DNA from: Centroscyllium fabricii
Lineage: Eukaryota
NCBI GenBank assembly: GCA_051313645.2
Contig: JBNRSN020000027.1
Location: 25,628,460 to 25,670,000 of the forward strand
Direction: 5' to 3'
Length of the DNA stretch: 41,541 nt
Below are positions 35,948 through 41,541 of the stretch, one piece after another. Numbering within the stretch: the stretch's first letter is position 1; each line of letters begins with the position of its first letter. The notes beneath the pieces were generated by a model. It did no database searches. It saw only the letters and a program-made list of their open reading frames with translations, and had not been told where the DNA came from. Made by a program: the position numbers and the translations under genes.

Positions 35948-38762
35948 AATCTGAACTTTGTCACTTTGGTGTCGAGTATACCTCGTCTATTGCACAGAAA
36001 ACAAAAAAATCAAGGCACTGAGCTATAGAGAGGAAGGAGGTCGGGTATGATGAGAGGACGTTCGGGGAAGGTGGGGGGAGGTAAGAAATAAAAAAAAGAG
36101 GAGGGAATAAACAAAAAGAAATAAAGGAAGGGGAAGAAAAGAGATTTAAAACATAAATGAGAAAAAAAGGGGCTGATTGAATGGGTTGGTGTGTCTCTAC
36201 CAGTAATAAAATGAAAAAAAAAGGCAGAAAAAAGTATGGAAATAAGACTCGTGTTTTGTGATTGGGGAAAAGCTTTTAAAATAAGCACAGAGCAGATGCA
36301 TCTGTGTGAGTTGTCAATCTGTAGGGTCGTGCAATGGGAATGCTAATGAGGCAAAATTAACCCGTCCTTTCGTTACATTGGAAGGGATCGATGGTTGACC
36401 CAGGGCTCCCAGGACGTCTTATTTATGCTGCATAGCAATGATATAATCAGCCTCGTCTTTAGGAAGGATCTGCTCACAAACCAACAACTTTTGTTAACAA
36501 CCAAGGTTGTATTTGCCGAGCATTCACATCATCTCGTATATCAATTACAAACAGGCATAAAATGATTGTTTGATTGCAAACCCCATCAAAACCCGAGAGC
36601 CTATTTAATTATTGACTCGGTGTTATTTTTACCGCAATGCTATGTACAACGGCAGAAACGTGGAGGAACAGCTTTTATCTGCTAGCGTTGTGTTGATGAC
36701 GAGTCTTGCGTGCTCAGATACCAGTTGCGGGGTTTGCGAGGATGGTGTAGAATGGGAACTCTGCTCAACGCTAAAGTTACAAAACTGCCATTCATTAGTA
36801 ATGTACTCGAGTTAGTGCACTTGTCTGTGTGTTGACACCGGTCCCTGTAAAAACGATTGCTGGTGTTTAATAGCAATCAGTCCACAATGGAGTGCTCCTC
36901 CCCAACAGAGGAATGGAAATAGAAGTACCCGTGCAAATAAAAACAAAAAAGGCAAGCATTTCTAATAAAGTATGGATGGTTTGTTCAAAGACTTGTTTGT
37001 TGAGTATGGCAGATGTAATCCCCTTATGACCTTCGAATTACATTGATGTGTGTGGCGTTGTGCAAGATTCTACACGTGTGTGCGTATCTATTTCACACTT
37101 TTCCACACCTTGAGAAACTAACGTTGCATATTTCAGATAGGAGCTTGATCCGGTCCCAGGGGGGCAAAGCAGGGATGTACCATCATAAAGTTGGAGCAAA
37201 ATGTGCTATATCAGAATGTATTCCTTTAGGCCTTTATCTGTGATCAAATATTAGCACCTGAACAATTTGCATAGACCTCAAACTTTTATTAATCCAGTTG
37301 TGAGTATAAGTGCCAGAATACAATTATGAAGATGTTTGTCTCAAACTTTTCCGTGGTGGATGGCGAGTGTTGGAGTAATGTGTATTATTACACTGAACCC
37401 TCCGAGATCTGTGTATAACAGGTGGCTAATCTAGGACGGGTTTTAATAAAGCTGGAGGTAAGTGATGATGGGAAACAGAGACAAACATGTGAAGAGGTTA
37501 ACTTCTCTCTGGGTGCAGGTATTAAAATAATATAGCCTTTCCCCACTTTGAATCATTCCTGCTCTTGGCGTGTTTAACTTGTGGTTGAAACTCGAAGTAG
37601 GTCCTTAAGTGACAATTCTGTGAATAACGGGTAGATGGCACAATTTTCTAACATTTAGAGAGCCTACACGCTGAGCTTTAAGTCCATTTAGAAGCACTTT
37701 CTTTGTGTGCACAGAGATAACTTGACAGACAAGAAGAACAGAGACATCTCAATGAAGCCTGTAAAAGTTTGCACAAAAGAATTCGCAAATCACGCGTTTA
37801 TGAAGAAAAATTGTAGCAGCAGAGATTGTCGAGAAGGGAAACATTATTCCGTGGGGTTGTCAATAAATTAATTCTCCTCCGAAGAAATGTCAATTTGGAC
37901 TGAAAATAAATAGTGTCGAAGCTTTTGAGTTTTGGAGGACTGGGCCGCGTAGAACAGTCTGCTTGAGTTGAAGGCGAATCCCTGATGGTGAATCCATCAT
38001 TAGCATTTGTTTTCTGTTAGGCGGCCGCTCCAGTGAATTTATCTCGTTTTTGTAGCGCCTTGATAGACATTTATTAAATGCTTTCAGAGAGAGAGAGCGT
38101 GGGGTGCCTGATTACATAAACTTAGAAACGGAGCAGGAGAGGGGGAAAGTCGGTAGTGGTCTGGTTATCAGACTTTTTTTTAAAAGTGCTTCATCGCCTC
38201 AAACTTATACATATTCAAAATAATGGAAATGAATGCCAATATAACAGCCGCTTTTTTTTTGGCATGTCAGGATACTCGTTTTCAATCACACACCTTAGCT
38301 GAGATAGTCTGTATGGGCTCTGATAAAACGCAAACACGCCCAATGTTTTTTTTCCGAAGGCGGTTCACATTTCACAGGTTATATAGGTAGGAAAATATTC
38401 TTACTGCAAACTTCAGCTGGGTCTGCCCAGAAAGCAGAGTACGCGCGCGCGTGTGTGTGTATGTGTGTTAACAATGTAATCAGTAACAGCTCTCTTGTCA
38501 AGAGATTTATGCCATCTTCTCTGAAAAGGTAAAACTGGTTAAGATGGACAACCTCCTGGGGAGGAAAAAAAAGGGAAACACAAAAAAAAAGTGTGTAAAA
38601 CGTATTTAAACCTAGCTAGTGCTATGTTGTTACTTGCTGTATCCTGAAACATTGGAGAATTGCACTTTATTTAAAATCCAGGCAGTTGTTTGTTCATGTT
38701 TTCCTGCCCTCTTGTAATGTCAGTATTTTACAAACCGCTTTAAAGTCAACATATATTAGCAC

Positions 38763-38794
38763 TGTGTGTGTGTGCGTGTGTGTGTGTGTGTGTG
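38763..38794. repeat. (TG)n microsatellite
   Basis: Directly visible. Confidence 0.9.
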
Positions 38795-40830
38795 CAGTTT
38801 CATGATTACACGATTTTTTTTGTATTGATTATGTTTCCATTTTACAAGTGTAAGGTAAGTGGTAGAATGCGGCGCCATTCCAGTTGACACTTGCTATTTT
38901 TTTTTCTCAAAAATAACCCTTTCTTGAGGAGGGAAGCCTGTTTGCGCTGTATCACCAAGCACTGGGACTCGGCTCTTTCTCAAACTTTCCGCAGCAGAAA
39001 ATAAATAAATGTGACATTCAGCTAAGCAAGAGCTCATTAGTTCGCTGTACACTCCTAATACGGGGACATAAGTGCAAATTATAGAGTTCAAACCCAGCAC
39101 ACGCGTTGTCAACTAAAATCAGCCCCCTAGAACCATGATACAAATTGCTGCAAAATTGCATTCCAGTCCCTTTGAGGTTGTGAGTATAATGACAATCATC
39201 TTTGCATTGAACGCTATACTAACATGAATTTTGCGTTTCAATATATGCAACACAAATTTTTGCAAGTTATTACATCTATTCTCGTTTTAACATCGCCCTT
39301 TGTGTGTTTTACGCCACGGGCTTTTAAAAGCCAGATCTGTAAAGAATATTCTAGCGATGCTTCTTTTTAAAAAAAACACATTTATACTGAATGAGGCTGT
39401 GCAGCCACACATTCCCAGTGAACTTTTTCCCCCCAACTCGAATCCTATTACAACCAACGCCCACATTTAAGTACTTTAAAATTACTGAGTAATTAGATTT
39501 AGTTGCGTTTCACCATTAATTAGGCAACGGCGCAGTAGGGAGGCTTTGAAATTCGAGAAAATGGGGGGCAAAATCATCTGAAGCAACTTTCAGCTCAGCT
39601 TATACAAATAAATGCTCGCAGGGCTTGAGAATTCTGAGCGTGGCTGTGTCTCAAGAAGCTGTAAATACATTTCCCTGAAGTCGATGCCACGGCGGATCCA
39701 AACTTTGTTAAATCACTTGTGTCTTTTTTTTAAGCTTTGTCTTCGCATCATTAAGGCTGAGCAGCACCAGACTGAATTTAACCCTTTCGGCCTGTGCGAT
39801 TTAAAAAGAAATAGCTCAGATTTGAACCGGGGAAGTGGGAGAGCATGTTATGTGGAACGTGGAAATGCAAATAGATTATTAAAGGGACAACTATCTATGC
39901 AAATATGCCTTATTGTTGTGTTGTTGTTGAGTGCAGCCAATATTTTTCAGCCTTTGAAAGGCGATTGAATTGAGGCTGGCGGTTTTTTTTTTTTGCATAT
40001 TTAAACGTCAAACCACAATAGGATCGCGTGAAACGCCGGGCCTTTTTTTTTACCTCAAGGATTGCAAGGGATAAAATCCGGTCGTCTCCAGCAAAAAAAC
40101 AACAACTGCATTTCCACCGTCAGACCCCCAGCTTGCTCATTCCCCCTGCGCCCCCCCCCCCTCTTTCTTTTGAGTCGTTCTGCTTTACGATTGCAAATAA
40201 ATAAATAAATAAATAAGCCGATACATATATCCTGCTGCTAATAGTTTTATTGCAGCCGCTCTGTACACAAATGGCAAAGGGGGGGAAGGTGAAGGGGGCC
40301 TACAATGTGTTTCCTATTACACACTCGCCTGGAGACGGCAACATATTACACGCCGCCATGTTGGGTTACTAACAGGACACCCAGCCCAGCCGCCTGAACG
40401 CATACTTTCACACGCTCCGTCTCCGATTACAAATACACCCCTCACCCCCCCTCCCCAAAAAAGAGACATTAAACACACACAGAGCAAGAATGCGCCCAAA
40501 CTTTCTGCTACAATGCAACCGCCTTCCTTGTACGAGCAGAAACATCGCAGCGCAGGTGGTGCAATATTGAGATATATCCGCTTAATGGGGCTTTTTTGTG
40601 TGTGTGTGTGTGTCGTTGTTGGTTTGTTGTCGTTGTTTAGAGAGCGACCAAAGCCGCCTTGTAAAACATGATCTGATCCCCCCCCCCCCCATCCCCTATC
40701 TCTCCCACCGCCAACCACCCTGTGAATTGTCGAGGTTCGGTCATTAGCGGTCAAAGCAAATCACTTGGGTTACTCAGCATGCCGAGTGAAGTCAGATTGC
40801 ACAGACCTCCCTCCAGTCGCAGCAAAAAAA

Positions 40831-40867
<37 letters not shown>
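40831..40867. repeat. Compound (GT)n(GA)n microsatellite
   Basis: Directly visible. Confidence 0.9.
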
Positions 40868-41541
40868 GGGGCGGCACGCCGGAGCCCTACAAGCTTGCAG
40901 ATCATGTTTGGCTGGTTTTCTTTTAACCCCTAGCACAGAAATGCGAAGTAAGATCAGATTTTTTTTTTAAAGAGCCAGAGCTGGAAGAAAAAAAATGGAC
41001 ACTTCAGGCGAGCGTCACCATATTTGCACGGCCTCAGATCTGGCCGGTTAAAGGACAAGCTCGTCAATTTCAATCCCTTTTGTCAGTTTCACCCCCGGGT
41101 TAATTTTATTGTTCTAAAGCTGCTAGAATAGGGGCAACTTTTTTGAATGGAGGGGAGAGGGGGGGAGGGAGGGGGGAGGGTATTATTATTTATAAACTAA
41201 CCTAAACTAAAAGTAGGACAGATAATCCTGCAATCTGCAATGGGGGAACTGTACTGTACAGAGATGTTGCTTACTGTGTATAGATAGTATTATGCATAAT
41301 AGTGGATTGTGATCAAGGCCTCGGTTTATCGATATTTAAATTAAGAAAATAGGGAATAAAACAGGGAGAGCCTTCGATTCAAAGCCATAAATTATAATTT
41401 AATACCAAGAACAATTTACAACAAAAACGCTGTATACAATAGCTAACACAAACAGGAGTCTGGCGTAGTAACTCCACACACATATTACTTGCAATAAAAA
41501 ACATCTGAAAAGGCTCGATCTATAAGTTAGAACAGCGTAGC

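Overview
Eukaryotic, almost certainly cartilaginous-fish (shark-like) non-coding DNA, judged from its repeat families. I can support no intact protein-coding gene: the six-frame ORFs are chance frames or retroelement remnants. The left ~24 kb holds many retroelement fragments: CR1/HER1-type LINE 3' ends, an RTE-X-like LINE 3' end, an HE1/V-SINE, old Deu-type (SacSINE1-like) and LF-SINE-like SINEs, and ten short Penelope-like (PLE) 3'-end insertions. Most PLE inserts are fold-back (5'-to-5' inverted) structures, several with 10-13 bp target-site duplications. They carry minimal type I hammerhead ribozyme (HHR) motifs of three lineages, one with a compensatory U3:A8 core, and their inversion junctions repeatedly fall in or next to the ribozyme. 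The right ~17 kb has no recognisable transposons and resembles constrained regulatory DNA. A candidate minus-strand TATA/CRE promoter and first exon lies near 21.6-21.8 kb. Repeat family names come from my recall of consensus sequences, not from a search.
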